A stretch of 64,000 nt of DNA from Anthoceros angustus (lineage: Eukaryota > Plantae > Anthocerotophyta): positions 124,001-188,000 of the forward strand of contig VJWM01000126.1 in NCBI GenBank assembly GCA_010909165.1. The letters are read 5' to 3'. Under the pieces are notes generated by a model that searched no databases, was not told the DNA's origin, and worked only from the letters and a program-made list of their open reading frames with translations. Shown one piece after another: positions 37,900 to 51,500 of the stretch; the stretch's first letter is position 1, and each line of letters opens with the position of its first letter. Made by a program: the position numbers and the translations under genes.

Positions 37900-40210
37900 A
37901 CACTATACTAGTAAGGGCACTTAATCCATCATCAGGCTCATAGCGAACGATTACAATTAGGTATCGTTTCACGTTTCTGTTTAAGAAAGCTCTGCATGTT
38001 CACATGCTCTATTCTGATCAATTGAAGCACCAGGCTTAATCTCTAATCGATTACCACAGAAAATTGTCATGGTATCAGAGCGATCAGCCTTCGATTTGAC
38101 ATAAACAATCATGATCTATACATTACAAAGCCATGCTAGGCTCTTAAAGGCGACAACGCCTACTAAGAAAAACAAATCAAATTAACCAACAACTTGATTG
38201 GCAATGAGATTGCAGAGAAACAATTTATCTCAAAGAAGCCAATAAGAACCTATGGATTTGTAGCCGCATAAGAACATGCTCAGTCTTGCTCCTCATAGTA
38301 GAGGAACTATATCTGCAAAGTCACTTAGAACCCTAAGAATATGATTGGACCTAGATTCAAGTGTCATTCCTATTTACACAAGAAGAACCACAAAACCTAC
38401 AATGATCAGGGAATTCACATCATCGTTTGATGTCCCTTCACCTAACTCACCTCAACACATCAGTGATAAGGTCCTTACCCACCTAGATATAATCCGCAGG
38501 CAACACAACCTGTTCTCACAACCTCCGTCATTAGAAATTTAGGCTCTACAAAACTCCATAATTCAGAAACCGTTCTTGAGCAAACACATCTAAACCTGAA
38601 AGAACACAAAAAACATACAGAGTTTTAATTACAATGCACCTAGACACAAGTTGCCTCCTAAGACACATAGCCATCCGTCTTTAGACACCAAACCAATATA
38701 ATATGTGTTCCTTTGGTATCTGCCTCTCCACGATAGACCGTTTCAACAGCCAACAACATAAATTTATTGGCTTCGATGGAGACATCGATGGCTTCGACGA
38801 TGATAACGGTGGCTCCTCCTCCGGCACAATAGCAGCCCAAGGCACAGCCGTCTGTGTGCGCACACAGACCAGAGTACGGCGACCTCCATCTTGGCCTTCG
38901 TCCTCAGCCCATTGGGCGCACACTATTGAACCTCCATCCTGGCCTTCGTCCGGTGAAAACACTTCTCCGCTCGTAAGGCAAAGGGTCCTCAAGGATTGGA
39001 ACGGGTGCCCTCTCTCAGCCATACACTTCAACTATCGCGCAAGATGTGGATAATGAGTACCGTGGCACACACAACCATCAACGGAATGCTAGGCCCGACA
39101 GGCACACACATCATACAAATGCAGGTACTATACAAAGGTATTCCCCATCTAATTGGAGGGACCCTAAAATTTAGCCTATTGTTTATCTGCTGCTATTGAC
39201 CAATTTTTATTTGCTAATTATTGTGAGGCCATCACATGTCCCAAAAGGGAAAATTGGAAGATTGCTATCAAATCAAAACTAAACTCTCTTAGGCCTAACA
39301 ACCTTGGACTCTTCCTACTTTACCTCTAGACAGAAAATTAGTCGAATCTTTATAAGTCGCAATTAGCTTGATCTTAAAAGTGAATATTTAAGATCCAGCT
39401 AAATGCAGATGGTAGCATAGAGAGATACAAGGCTAGGCTAGTGGCAAAGGGATACTCACAGCATATGGTTTTGACTACGATGAGACCTTCAATCCGGTAC
39501 TCAAGATCACATCCTTAAGAACCCTTATGGCGTTAGCTTCTCACCACGATTATAAGCTAGTGCAATTAGATATAAAAACTGCTTTCTCGTATGGCGATCT
39601 TGACCATGACATATATATGGAAATACTTGAGGGCATACATATTAAAAATAAAGCAAAATACACTACTTGCAAACAATTAAGCAAAGCATACAAACTTAAA
39701 CAAAGCGCCATGAAAAAGGAATTCCAAACTAGGTATTACTCGTAAGTCCTTAGACTTTACTAGGTTTGACTCATAAAGTAACATCTATATTTATAGATCC
39801 TATAATCACTTTATCATCCTAGGAGTAGATACGTCGATGATATTGTCCTTATATCCAACTCTAATGATGTGTTAGGAGAAACTAGGTCGATGCTTTCAAA
39901 AAAGTTTGTCATGACCACATACATGTAGGGATCTTTCTTATTACCTAGGGATTCAGGTTCTTAGACATAAAAATACTAGAAGTATATTCATTCATCAATC
40001 AAAATATATTCAAGAAATTTTAACCAAGTATAAAATGCTAGAAACCAAGCCTATATCTATACCAATGAAGGTGAATCTTAAACTCAGCACAGCCGACGAG
40101 TAACAGGGTCAGGACTGAAATATATATCCATGAGCTCCCCACTCCTCAGCCATAGCCTGGAGCCTCATGTACCTTATGGTTTGTACAAGATCTCACTTGG
40201 CACTTTCAGT
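37900..40210 (+). mobile_element. Degenerate Ty1/copia retrotransposon (LTR 3' end, PBS, RT fragment)
   Basis: ..tgtca|TGGTATCAGAGC (tRNA-iMet PBS) at 38070-38081. RT motifs RYKARLVAKGYSQ, DYDETFNPVLKITSLRTL, QLDIKTAF.YGDLDHDIYME and YVDDIV at ~39420-39850. Confidence 0.9.
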
Positions 40211-40219
40211 GGAAGCTTT

Positions 40220-40468
40220 GCGTGCATGCTTACCTTGTTATTTCCTGGCTTGGATCAATAAGACTTGTGTTTCTTCTGCTGCTGTTGTTGTTGTGTGCTG
40301 GACGATGATCTAACGTGGGCCATGGAAGGCCAGTTTGTGGACAGCAGGATAAGCATGGATCCTTGTGGAAAGGAAGATTCCATTTTGGTACTCTTTGAAG
40401 ACATCCGCCCTGACAACCTAGCTACAAGCTTATTTTTAATGTATGTACGGAGAAGGGAGGGAAGCTAC
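40220..40468 (+). pseudogene. Remnant of the RLK 3' UTR/flank; continues at 44819-44950 after the CACTA insertion
   Basis: gcatgcttac..cctggcttg..ggtactctttgaagacat..ccctgaca matches 58450-58700. ctcgtcacctcctcggg..aaggttcatcaccactagt..caaaggttctt..ctagatgctaca matches 58745-58858. Confidence 0.85.
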
Positions 40469-43400
40469 CACTACTACAATACGAGCCCTAATATGATGGT
40501 GGCCTAATGACGTGCACGCCCCATGACATTACTACGTCATTACAACATGACGCTGGGGAAAAGCAATGATGCGAAGATATTCTACGGTAATTACTCCAAA
40601 GTACTCATAATGATGCAGGTTCTTCACGGCATTATTTGTACCTGAAGACGGGCTATTGACCGCTGATCTCCAATATTTTCCACCATTTACCGGTACTCTC
40701 CCACATTTTAGCCGGTACTCTTTGATGGCAACCAACCCGTACTCTCCGGTAGCCTCAACTAGCTACACTTAGAGCTTACTATGAAGAATTGTGCCAATTG
40801 CAACCACATGCCTCAAGCTGGTCCACCTGCACTCAGAGCTTGCTATGGAGAACTATGCCCGTTGGACTCAACCTAGTAAATGAGGAGACGATGGCTTGAG
40901 CTGCAAACAGAGGAGGGGTTTGCTCTTAATTGCTACCCTATTTTGGATGTCTCTCACCCACGCGTCCTGTCCAGCAAGATCTCGGCTTGCAGGATCGGTT
41001 TTTCAAATGGTGGGCTTGGCGTTGCCTTAAGCTCCTCCTTGATCTTGATTGACTTCTCCTAGGCTGTTGCTTGTAATTGTTGGAGCATGGGTTCATCTCT
41101 TTCTGGGCTTCGCTTCTGCAAATGTATCAGGCTTGTACGCTATTGATTAGCAATATGTGAACGTTGGGTTGGGCTTGGGAGTGTGTTGCCTTGGCTCGTT
41201 GTCTCATGTCTGGCATTGGGCGGCAACTAATGCAGAGAGAATACTATTGCGTTGGTGAGTTCTTACAAAGATGAGAACACAAGATCGCTAATCGCCCTCG
41301 TGGACGAGGTGGCCAGATGTGGGAGCTAGGTTAGTGTGCTTCACGCTTTGTTGTTGCCCTTCTTTTTCCAGTGAATGATTTAACCTACCCTACTCCATAC
41401 TCCTCTGGCTATTGTAGCCTAGCACTACTAGGAAAATGGGTCTTTTACTAGAGGCTATTTTTTAGAGCGAAGAGAGATTTCAGGCTAGTTTCATTTTACA
41501 ACGGGTGTTCATGGTTCAAGTATTATTTTCACGTATAGCCATTCGCTTTACTACAGAAGTTCTGGTATTCTACTATGAGGGGGATTTAGCCACGGGTTTT
41601 CCTGATGACGTGGTGTAACGAAAGCGCTTTTACAACGAGGGCTCTTCTGGGTTACAACACAAAACGATTTTAGCTAGGACTTTTCAGAATTAGATGTTCT
41701 GTTACTACGACTACCGTTGTAAACCTGCTCAAGTGTGGTTCACAATGATTTCCTTTACAACGGATCATGGTCTGGTTACAACGGTGCGTGATTTACAATG
41801 GGACGTTAAGTTTTACAATGCGGGCGTTTACAACACAGGCATACAACAACAAGCCGGTTACTAAGGAGGACAGTAGTTTACAACGAGGGTCAAGGGTATT
41901 GGGACGATTTATGTGCATGTCGTTTAGGGTTTGAGTTTAGGGTTACATGTGAGTGGAATGAGAGATGATGACTTTATTAGGAGACATTACACTCTGGCTC
42001 CTCGTTTGCATCGGTCACCCAAAACCATTTCTCTAATGCCCATAACCAATAGGGCATTACATGGTTCTTTTAATCCTCACTCTACAGGTTGATGCGGATG
42101 CGTGAGGGTCCCCGTTTGCGACGCGCGACCTCTCCCTCTCCTATTACACACTCAATTCCGTTGTCCTCAATGCCCATAGCCTTCTCCAATTCTACCACAA
42201 GAAGGTGGTAACTGTGGAAATCCTCCGCCTTCCATCCACCAGCCTTCCCTTCCGGAACATCCGTCCACTGGGCAAACCTTTGCACCTCCTTATGCACGCG
42301 CTCTAGCTTGTCAAGGTGCTTATACACCAACCGCATCAGACGCCACAGATACTTGTGAGAAAGGGAGTTAGGCTTGTCAATTAAGATTGACAATTCTTTC
42401 TGGTCGTCCTCGAAAATCGGAATCCCATGTCCAGTATTGAAAGCCATAGCTTGGCCGCTTCCCGCTCTTCACAACCGTACCTCAGCTACAAGCTTGCTCC
42501 AGACCAAGTGTCGACAAAGTGTTATCAGTCCAGAGTTGCGAATTGCAGCAGCAAAATCAAAAGGCCAACAAAGCAGCGCGCACAAACTTCAATGGCAAAC
42601 CAGACAACTGCCTACAACCTGTAGGAAATAGCTCAGATCGCAAAGCGCATGAGGAATCGTTCAGCAAGGCAAATCAGAAACCAATGGAGTGCCTTGGAGG
42701 CGGTGCCTCCTTATATTGCCAACTGGGGCAAATGGATGGCCGCCACATGTCGGAAGGAATCGAGTTCAAATTGCCACATGCTAAAGTGCATCGGCCGGAA
42801 GTCATGTTGCGAAAATGACAAGTCCCAAAACCCGACATCAACTCGAGTGGTCAATCGGAATCCTTGACGAAATCTCTGACAAAATGACAATGTGTCCTTG
42901 ACGAAATCTCTGACAAAATGACAATGTGTCCTTGACGAAATCTCTGACAGAATGAAACTGTGTCCGACTACCCATCACATGTATAAGTAGCACATGGGTT
43001 TAGGTTTCTATCAAAGTCTATGTGCCTCTGATACTTAACCATGGAACCTTATAACCATGGTTTAAGAAGCCCGATACCCAAGGACACATCGATGCGAGTC
43101 CTTGGGTGTCGGATACTTCAACCCACTGGGTTTACAAAGTGTCCTTGGGTTTCGAAATCCGGGTTTATAGGTTAACCTGGGTTTTTTTCTTTGTTTCGAA
43201 ACCCAAGGACAATTTCATTCAAAGTAATATGTCCTTGGGATTTGAGGCCGGAGTCTCGGAAAACCTTGGTTTACCATATTAGGGTTTACTGAAACCTAAT
43301 AACCATGGTTTAAGAAGACCGATACCCAAGGACACATCGATGCGAGTCCTTGGGTGTCGGATACTTCAACCCATTGGGTTTACAAAGTGTCCTTGGGTTT

Positions 43401-44818
43401 CGAAACCCGGGTTAACTATTTCGAAACCCAAGGACACTTTCATTCAAAGTAATATGTCCTTGGGGTTTGGGGCCGGGGTCTCGGAACCCAAGGAAGTAAT
43501 TGGCTATAAATGGTTGGAAATGCAGGCAGTAATTACGTGCAGCCAGAGGCCGTGTTCACATTACAAGAGCACCATGCAAGCGATTTGGACTTGGAATCCT
43601 AGCGGTAAAGTTGCGCGGGATAGAACCTACCGTGTTCAAAAAAAAAAAAGTGTCATGAAATCATCTCCAGCAGTTGAGTAAGCCGGGTTTACAGCGCGGG
43701 TGTTGCCAATAGGGTTACAGCACGGGTGTTGCCCTAAAACAAATCGATCTATAGATTGATTTGTTTTCGTGCTATGCAGATGTGCTCTTCACCTTCCCTC
43801 ACGTTGGTTTTCATGAGCAAGGTAAGCATTGATTTGAACATACTCGAACCTTTTCATCACGTGTTGGGCAACCTGCTTGTGCCTTCTCGGTGTATAGGAT
43901 TTCTCTTGTGCACTACAGTGACATCCATCCGCTACATTCTTATAGGTAAGGAGGGCCTTGTGATGAGAGAGCCAAGCCAAGCCCTCCACTGCCCCTCAAT
44001 GACATGGAGTTGAATAGGGGATGAGGTTGGTCTTTTTTTCTCATGAGGTTTTGCTGCTTTATTGTGTCTACAATCTTTGAGCTAGCATCCTAGCAATGTT
44101 CAAACCTAGCAAGCTTATACATTTGTTTCCATCTTTTTTATTCTATGACATATATATTGAATGAAGGGACTGGCGGCATGGATCATGAGTAAGTATGCTA
44201 CACTTGGTTTATGATTCATTGTTGCTGCTCAGCTTGCTTTCGAACCTTACAAATTGAACTAAAAGTTGTGCTTGAGTGATTCAAGCTGGAGGAGTCTGCC
44301 GGGTAGTTCTCTTTCGTGAAAATGCAACGAGGCTTTACAAAACCCTTACATTGTAGGCAGAGGTGCGAGTAGACTAGGTTTGTATATAATTGATATAGTA
44401 TAACATAATTATAAACTATGATTGAGATCATAATTTCGAGGTCCGGTTCGGGATTTTGGGAGGTCCGGGTTTTCGAGATTTTTGGGTACGGATGGAAGAG
44501 GTACACATCACATGTTCCGTTGAATTGTTCTGGCCCCGTTTCACCTATTCCGTTGGATGGAACTGTCTCCATCCCGTTTCGTCCCGGTTGTCCTACTCGG
44601 GATTTGCAAACTTGGTACCGGCCACTGGGGAGGCAAAGGGGACCGGTTAGCACCTCGCATAAATAACCCCTATTTGTGTCGGGTTCATAATGACGCAAAT
44701 TATGATGCCCATACAAGAATCCCGGTATAATAAGTGGGCGCTAGACATGATTTTTGCGTCATACAACACGTCATATTAGAATAAAACTCGTCGTATTAGA
44801 ACATGTTTTGTAGTAGTG
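40469..44818. mobile_element. Non-autonomous CACTA (En/Spm) DNA transposon with 3-bp TSD TAC; nested second CACTA left end at 41423
   Basis: tac|CACTACTACAATAC ... GTTTTGTAGTAGTG|tac. The flanks rejoin into sequence homologous to 58725-58760. Short subterminal repeats (ttacaac). No recognisable transposase. Confidence 0.88.
42862..43490. repeat. 34-bp repeat x3 (42862-42950) and a ~250-bp direct duplication rich in hairpins (cccaaggacac..gtccttggg)
   Basis: Directly visible; copies start at ~43052 and ~43300. Confidence 0.85.
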
Positions 44819-44949
44819 TACACTGTTTCTCGTCACCTCCTCGGGAGCACTAGTGCTTCTATGGTGCGTCCAAGTGAAATTTTGAAGGTTCATCACCACT
44901 AGTTTACTCTTCAAAGGTTCTTGAACCTTGTATCACCTAGATGCTACAA

Positions 44950-45722
44950 GGCAAGGAGAACCATGAGAGTCAACAAGAAGATTAAAAGGATCAAGAAGCA
45001 TTTTCTGGAAGTGTAGGAAGGAGGCACGCATGCATGAAGACTGCACCAACGATTGAACGCTACTATCCCAGACACCTTTAGGCCGAGTGAAATAGGAAGC
45101 ATTGGATCGAGGCCAGTGCGCACTTCGAATTGCTGGCCATGAAGCTCACCAGACTAGAACGACAAACCTTACGCTATCAATGCGAAAACAAAATGCACAA
45201 GTCATTCTCACGAATGTCTCTGACCATGAGAGATTGTACAGAACCAGCTTGGGAAAAAAGCTACAAACCAACTTGGGAGGAATGTTAGAAACCAGCTTAG
45301 GAGGAGAGCTAGAAAGGGTCTCGAGACCATGTTCTTGGCCTTTTCTGGACTACGGCGATGAGGTGACCAGGGTGATCGGTGTGCACTCTCACTCTGATTC
45401 TTGGTGAGGCGCTCGCTCCCTACTCTTCCTCCGAAACACTCATTTCCAAACAACAAAGAATTGCTAATATGTGTCGTATATAGAAGGACCTAAATAACAA
45501 GCACCATTAGAAAGCACAAAAGGATAGAGACCGCACGGAGCTTTGAATCACAAGAGGATAGAGACCTCCAGTTTTGAGAAGTCGCACGGAGCTTTGAACC
45601 AGGAACCCTAAAACTGGGAGGCCAATTGCAATGTTAGGGAGCACCAAAGCTGATTACATTGCACCTTGGATTTCTATTAGCATTTCAGTTCTCAAGGGAA
45701 CGAAGAATGACAATGAATGTTA
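44950..45722 (-). pseudogene. Remnant copy of the RNase HII last codons and 3' region
   Basis: Colinear similarity with 11905-12545, e.g. ctatcccagacacct.taggccg.gtgaaatagg..ggatcgaggccagtg and cttggatttcta..agcattt..gttctcaaggg. Confidence 0.88.
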
Positions 45723-46269
45723 AAGGTTCTTTTAGGTGGTTCTGGCCCGAATAGGACTACGGCCAAGAAAGCTGTTCAAGAAGGGTTGGCCAAGACTTAT
45801 GTTGGCAACCCTTTGTATGGTGAATAAATCTCTATACACCAATCATTGTCTAACTTTGTATATTATCCTTGCTTGAAGTCTAAGAGAAGTGTAACTCTTT
45901 CATTGATGTTATAATCAATAATTAGTTAGAATAACTCTAAATATTGACACTAAGTGTCAAAATGATATTGACACAATTGATACAACCATATACCGAGAAA
46001 ACTTAGAGTTCCTTGATCTTCGAAATACTATATAATCAATATTCTCTGTGTATGTTCTCTATATAGTTACCAATAAGTCAATTAACAAATATCTAGACTG
46101 AGAAAACTTACTCATCCCTTTATCTTCGAAATACTGAATAATCAATGTTCTCTATATATGCCCATTATCCATCTTCTATTTTACACAAAGGAAGACCTTC
46201 GATCTCACCCTTCATTGTACCTCATATCCATTGGTTAAAATCTTATAGTATCTCTTCATCTTAACACAA

Positions 46270-46590
46270 CCATAGAACGTGGAAGCTTTAGTACCTATAG
46301 TAGGGTAGAAACGTTTAGTACCTATTGTAGTGTAGAAACCTTTAGAACCTATTGTAGTGTAGAAAACAATAGTACCTATGGTAGTGTAGAACCTGATGAT
46401 CTTGAAAGGGTAGGAATTTTGAGTACCTACAGTAGTGGCGAAACCTTTAGAACATATAGTATTGTAGAAAATTATAGTACCTATGGTAGTGTAGTACCTA
46501 ATGATCTTGAAAGGGTAGGAACTTTTAGTACCTATAGTAATGTAGAAACCATTAGAACCTATGGTAGTGTAGAACCTATTCATCTTGAAA
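46270..46590. repeat. Degenerate 24-bp minisatellite (gtacctattgtagtgtagaaacct-like)
   Basis: Directly visible; gives the YTTIGTK pseudo-ORF. Confidence 0.8.
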
Positions 46591-47712
46591 CATAAGCAGA
46601 CACAAGAGTAGATTTTCTAATTTACCTATTCAGGAATATGGATATATATGAAAATGATGTTGTCATGATAGATAGTTATTCTGATATAAATGTACAAGAA
46701 ATGGTACAACTACTTGGGAGGATCAATATGAATGAAGAAGATGTTGTCATGATAGACCAAGAATCAATCATCATGGAGGTAAAATTGGCCACCCTCTTAT
46801 TTATCTTAGTTTTATTGTTTTAATGTATGTATCCATAGCACCATAATCAATACAATGTATAATAATCTTATGCAGGCAGCAAATGAGTCACAACCAATGG
46901 AATATGAGTGTGTGCAAAGTGCTCGGAAGCGGAAGGCGACATGGGAGGCGAAGGAGATGGAAGAAAGGAGAAAGAGAGTGAGAAGAGAAGAGGAGGAAAG
47001 AAAGAGATTGCAATGTCCTCGAAAGCGGAATCGTGAATGGGAGGTGGAGGAGGAGGAGGAGGAGAGAGGAAGGACAAAGAAACTGAGAAGGGAAGCGGAG
47101 AGAAGGAACACAACACTATTACAAACTACAAGCCTGTGTTGCGATTATATGTTACATTTTAGGCCTCCTATATTTCAGTTTAGCCCTCCTATGTTTCAGT
47201 TTAGCCCTCCTATGTTTCATTTTAGCCCTCCTATGTTTCATTTTTGAGACAATTTTATAGTCCCCTGGGTTACATGTGCCGATACAAAGCTAAAAGATGT
47301 TGAGTTTGGAGGTTTGGCAAAAGTGGCTCAGGGGACTGCATGGGTACAAGTAGACCTAACATTGTAAGCGTCAAGTAACCAGACATTGTCAACGTATGCA
47401 CTATGTCTGTAGTCTTTCATAAATAAGCCCGGGTGTGTCAGTATCCCTTTGAACTCGCATGCCTCCATGTTTTTAGGCCTTTTTTTACTTGCATCCAGTG
47501 TCGTTTGTTTGTTGGCCATGTCCGTTCTCGAACTCATCTCTAGATTTTCAGGGCTAATTGAAACTCACTTGCCCGTCTCAATTGTTTGACTGGCCTCCAT
47601 GTTTTTTAGGCCATTTCACACTCACATCCACATGTCAAATTATCCGGATAACTCATGAGTAACCGATGAGTTTGTCTGTTGAAGGATATTGGATGTTCTC
47701 GCGTGCAGCTGT

Positions 47713-47885
47713 CCAAGAGTGCTTTCTTCGCCGTTGACAAAACCACTCCAAGAGTGCTCTCTTCGCCATTGACAAAACCACTCCAAGAGTGCTCTCTTCG
47801 CCGTTGACAAAACCACTCCAAGAGTGCTCTCTTCGCCGTTGACAAAACCACTCCAAGAGTGCTCTCTTCGCCGTTAACAAAACCA
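47713..47885. repeat. 35-bp tandem repeat x5 (ccactccaagagtgctctcttcgccgttgacaaaa); 21-bp repeat at ~47170-47240
   Basis: Units start at 47743, 47778, 47813 and 47848 with no spacers. Confidence 0.92.
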
Positions 47886-47941
47886 TTAGTGAAATCCCCG
47901 ACATGGATGACCTTGGCATAAGCTAATCTCCACTTGGGCTC

Positions 47942-48510
47942 TGTCATGCCGTGTAACACTAATCTCTGCACTTGGGTTTAGTGTTTGATTAGCATAATGA
48001 TCTAATTACTTATCTTTAAGTAAATAATTAGTGTTAATAATCTAAAATGCCTATGTTATTTAAGCATTGATTAGTGTTAATTAAACATGGTTAGCAATAA
48101 CTAAGTGGATAAGCACAAGTAATATGCTTTAGCATATTTCCTTGCATAATATAGTGTATTCTTAGGATATTTCTGGCATATGCTGATGCCAATAGGATAT
48201 CTTAGGAATATGCCGATGCTAAGGGCTAATATATATAGACCCTTTCACAAAGGACAAGCTCAGATCATAGCTTGTCCTCTAGATATGTAATGCAAGGGTG
48301 TTGTGAAGAGGCCAAAGATATGACTCCAAGAACGATGAGTGAGGAATTTGCGTGTTGTTCTCGTAGGGAGAGTGTATTTGTGCCATGACGTGCGAGCTAC
48401 TCCCTTCTATTGTTTATTGGTTTGTACATATATTTGCATATTTGATTTGTTTGCTTGGTTGTCTGTTGAGAAAGTGGTCATATCAATGCAAGTGCTTACC
48501 TTGGGCGACA
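47942..48510 (+). mobile_element. Solo LTR (569 bp) with 4-bp TSD GCTC
   Basis: gctc|TGTCATGCC ... GGGCGACA|gctc; TATA-like tatatataga at ~48230; same family as 32252-34012. Confidence 0.92.
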
Positions 48511-51500
48511 GCTCTATTGGGTTTGTGATTTGTAAGTTCAACTTTACAAGGTGTTACAGACCCTGCGCGCATAAGGCCTTCAAATCTACGAGGTTGTTTT
48601 GTAGGAGGATCATCACGCCCTTCAAGTGCCGTGATGCTCCTGTTTCCTGCTACTCGCGAACTTTATAAGGTGTTACATTGTAAAATGCGTTGCCAGATTA
48701 CAGACCATATTTAGTTAAAATAATGTGCATGTGTATTGCCTTAAAATTATGTTTATATGCAAGAAAATAATGTAATTATATGATTAAAATCATAAATTTA
48801 TGCACTTAATCATAAATTGTTTTATAAATATTTATAAATTATTTAATTTAAATATATTTTTATTGATATAATAATATATTGAACAAATATTCATGTATTG
48901 CATGATATATGTATACAATCTGATTCCTATATATTATACCATACAATATATCATATGTCGATATCTATATGTAGGAAAAATAAACGTATGAAAAAAATAT
49001 GAATGTATATTGATATATAAACAACATTGTAAATCCTTAAAACTTGAATTCTTTAAGTTTTCAGAAAACTTTTCAAGTTTTCAGTGAGTTTTCAAGTTTT
49101 CAGTGAATTTTCATTTGCTTGTACAAATATTTTGAGAAATAAAAATTAACCACTATTAAAAAAAAACAAATTCAAGTTGTAAGCTAGATTGTAATGTAAA
49201 GTCACGGATTTTAAGGTTGTAAATGGCGTTCTAACGTAGGTTATGAAAGAGGTTGGAATTAAATCAAGTCTTGGAAAAATTCATATTATTCCATACTTTG
49301 TTTTTCACCCATATTTTGAACTTACCAACTTTGAGCATATATTCCGATAGCCTGGTGCTTCAATATTAAGTTTAAAAAAAATTTACAATAGACCTCAAAA
49401 TCCAACATCTACCTTGAAGATTCTAGTAGACACTTTTAACCGATCTCGATTTTGTGCGCGTTCACATCGGTGCATATGTGGAACAAAGTTTTCATGTAAC
49501 CATGGTTGGGGGTCAGAAAAAACCAGGGTCACATTGGCTCAGGGCACCCCACCCGAGCTGAAAGGACAACTTAAATTGTCAGCCTTTGTGAAAATTGTTT
49601 GCCAATCAAGCGTGACTTTTGACTCCGTTTTTTTGCACACACTTGGAAGACAATGGTGGGTGTCAATGGAAAATGTTTGCTCATGGATGCATAGACTGTG
49701 GCATCCGAAACAACAAAAGATTTCACGCGAAAACCAAGATACGAGGCTTTTGGAAAATTACATGAATTTTGATACAAGAGTGTACAGACATCAGAATTAT
49801 AAGTGGCATATTTTATTTTAAAGGTAATGATACGTTTGTAATTATGGTTTTGGAAGGAAAATGCAAAAAATTAACGTAGCCTTTGAAAAAAAATACAATG
49901 AATATTTGAGCAGAAAAATTACAGAAAAGCCCCTCGTCATTCTGGGTTAAGCTGTCAAACTACAACCTCCTATTCAGAACCTACTTTACAACCTAGAGTA
50001 CAAGGCAACCACAATGTAAATGGCGTTGTCACTAGGTAGTAAACGAGCGCACGCTAAAGGAATATAAACTTAATGTAATATAATGTAATGTAATAGGAAT
50101 TGTTACTAAGAAACGTGAAAGGAGCTCCAAATACCACCAATTAGTAAGAGTTGAAGAAACATCAGCTCACCATTCTCATATGCTTTGCGTGCACCACTAA
50201 AGGCATGTAAACTTGATGTAATATAATATAATAGGAATTTAATTATTACTAAGAAAAGTGAAAGGAGCTCCAAATGCCACCAATCATGATGTAAGAGTTG
50301 AAGAAACACTCGCTCACCATTCCCATATGCTTTGATTGCATTCCATGGAATATTTCTAATTGCCACCTTGCCATGCTCTATCGGCCTTATTACTAGTTTC
50401 AAAATTTCTTACAATATGTAGCACCCTACACTATAAGAATTGCAAGTAACGACACGTTTTACAACCTCACGTGGTAAAAACGGACATTTAGACGTTTGTG
50501 GACTGACAGGTTAATGAAGTCGTAAAATTGCTAATGTGGTAGATTGTCACATCATCGAGTTGCTGAAGTGGTGGCCATGTCATTGAAATGCTGATGTAGC
50601 AGACACGTCACAAACTGGGCGGGTAAAGTATCTGAGGTAGCCGGTTTATAACGCCATTTACAAGTGCAAGGGAGCCTAACATGCCTCGAGACGGCGGGGC
50701 CTGACCTTTTAAGCTTTTTTCAGAAATAATAAATTCTTATACTAACACCTATGATGTAACAACTTGGTAAAGAAGTGAAAGTAAATACTGATAAAAGTGG
50801 GTAAAACATAAAGAACAGGTGAAAATGGAAGATAAAAATGTCTTAGGATAATATGACAATTAGTTTATGATAATTACAATTCAATTAGGAATTGCTTAGT
50901 TGATATAGTAGTCAGCTGGACAATTGATAGTTCGTCTCGAGTGGCGATAAGCCACCAACAATACTAGTTGTATTTAAAGTCTGATGCGAGACTGGAATGA
51001 AGTAGATATCGATTCCAAGATCACAAAGTCTCCAATGTGTTTCATCTAATCGCTAACCAAGCAAGCATATATCAAAATTTTAATTATATCAATGCTTAAG
51101 AATATTAGTTAATCTATTATTAATATGTGTATTCTTATTGATAAGAAATATAGTATGTATATACAAAACAACCAAAATATTTAGATTATTAACTCTCAAT
51201 ATTGCCTACTCATAGAGAGCACATGAGTAGGTTTCTCATTAATCTTTAAAGTAACATTTACATATTTTTCAATATTTGCAATAAAGTTCACATATTTCAT
51301 CAATTTCTGGTGTAAGATGTGTTGAAACTAGGGTAGCTTCAATGACAGGTGAGGTGCTCTACAAGTCCCTAAGTTGGACGGCACGCACACATGTTACGAA
51401 TAGAGTTGTTGGAGACTTCGGTATATCACACTGTGACAAACCTCGTGCTGGCCTGTTAGCAGAAGGAGGATTAGTTTGGGTGAACAACAATTTCTCTCAA

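Noticed and set aside
41423-44818. Alternative CACTA boundaries starting at 41423
   Set aside because: TSD mismatch (tag/tac) and a poorer TIR. The 40469 start gives a perfect TAC TSD and restores flank homology.
46212-46583. YTTIGTK repeat protein resembling a beta-solenoid or ice-binding protein
   Set aside because: AT-rich TE context, short ORF with no signal peptide; more simply a 24-bp minisatellite.
47713-47885. 35-bp repeats of CRISPR-like length
   Set aside because: Units are contiguous with no unique spacers, there are no cas genes, and the context is eukaryotic.
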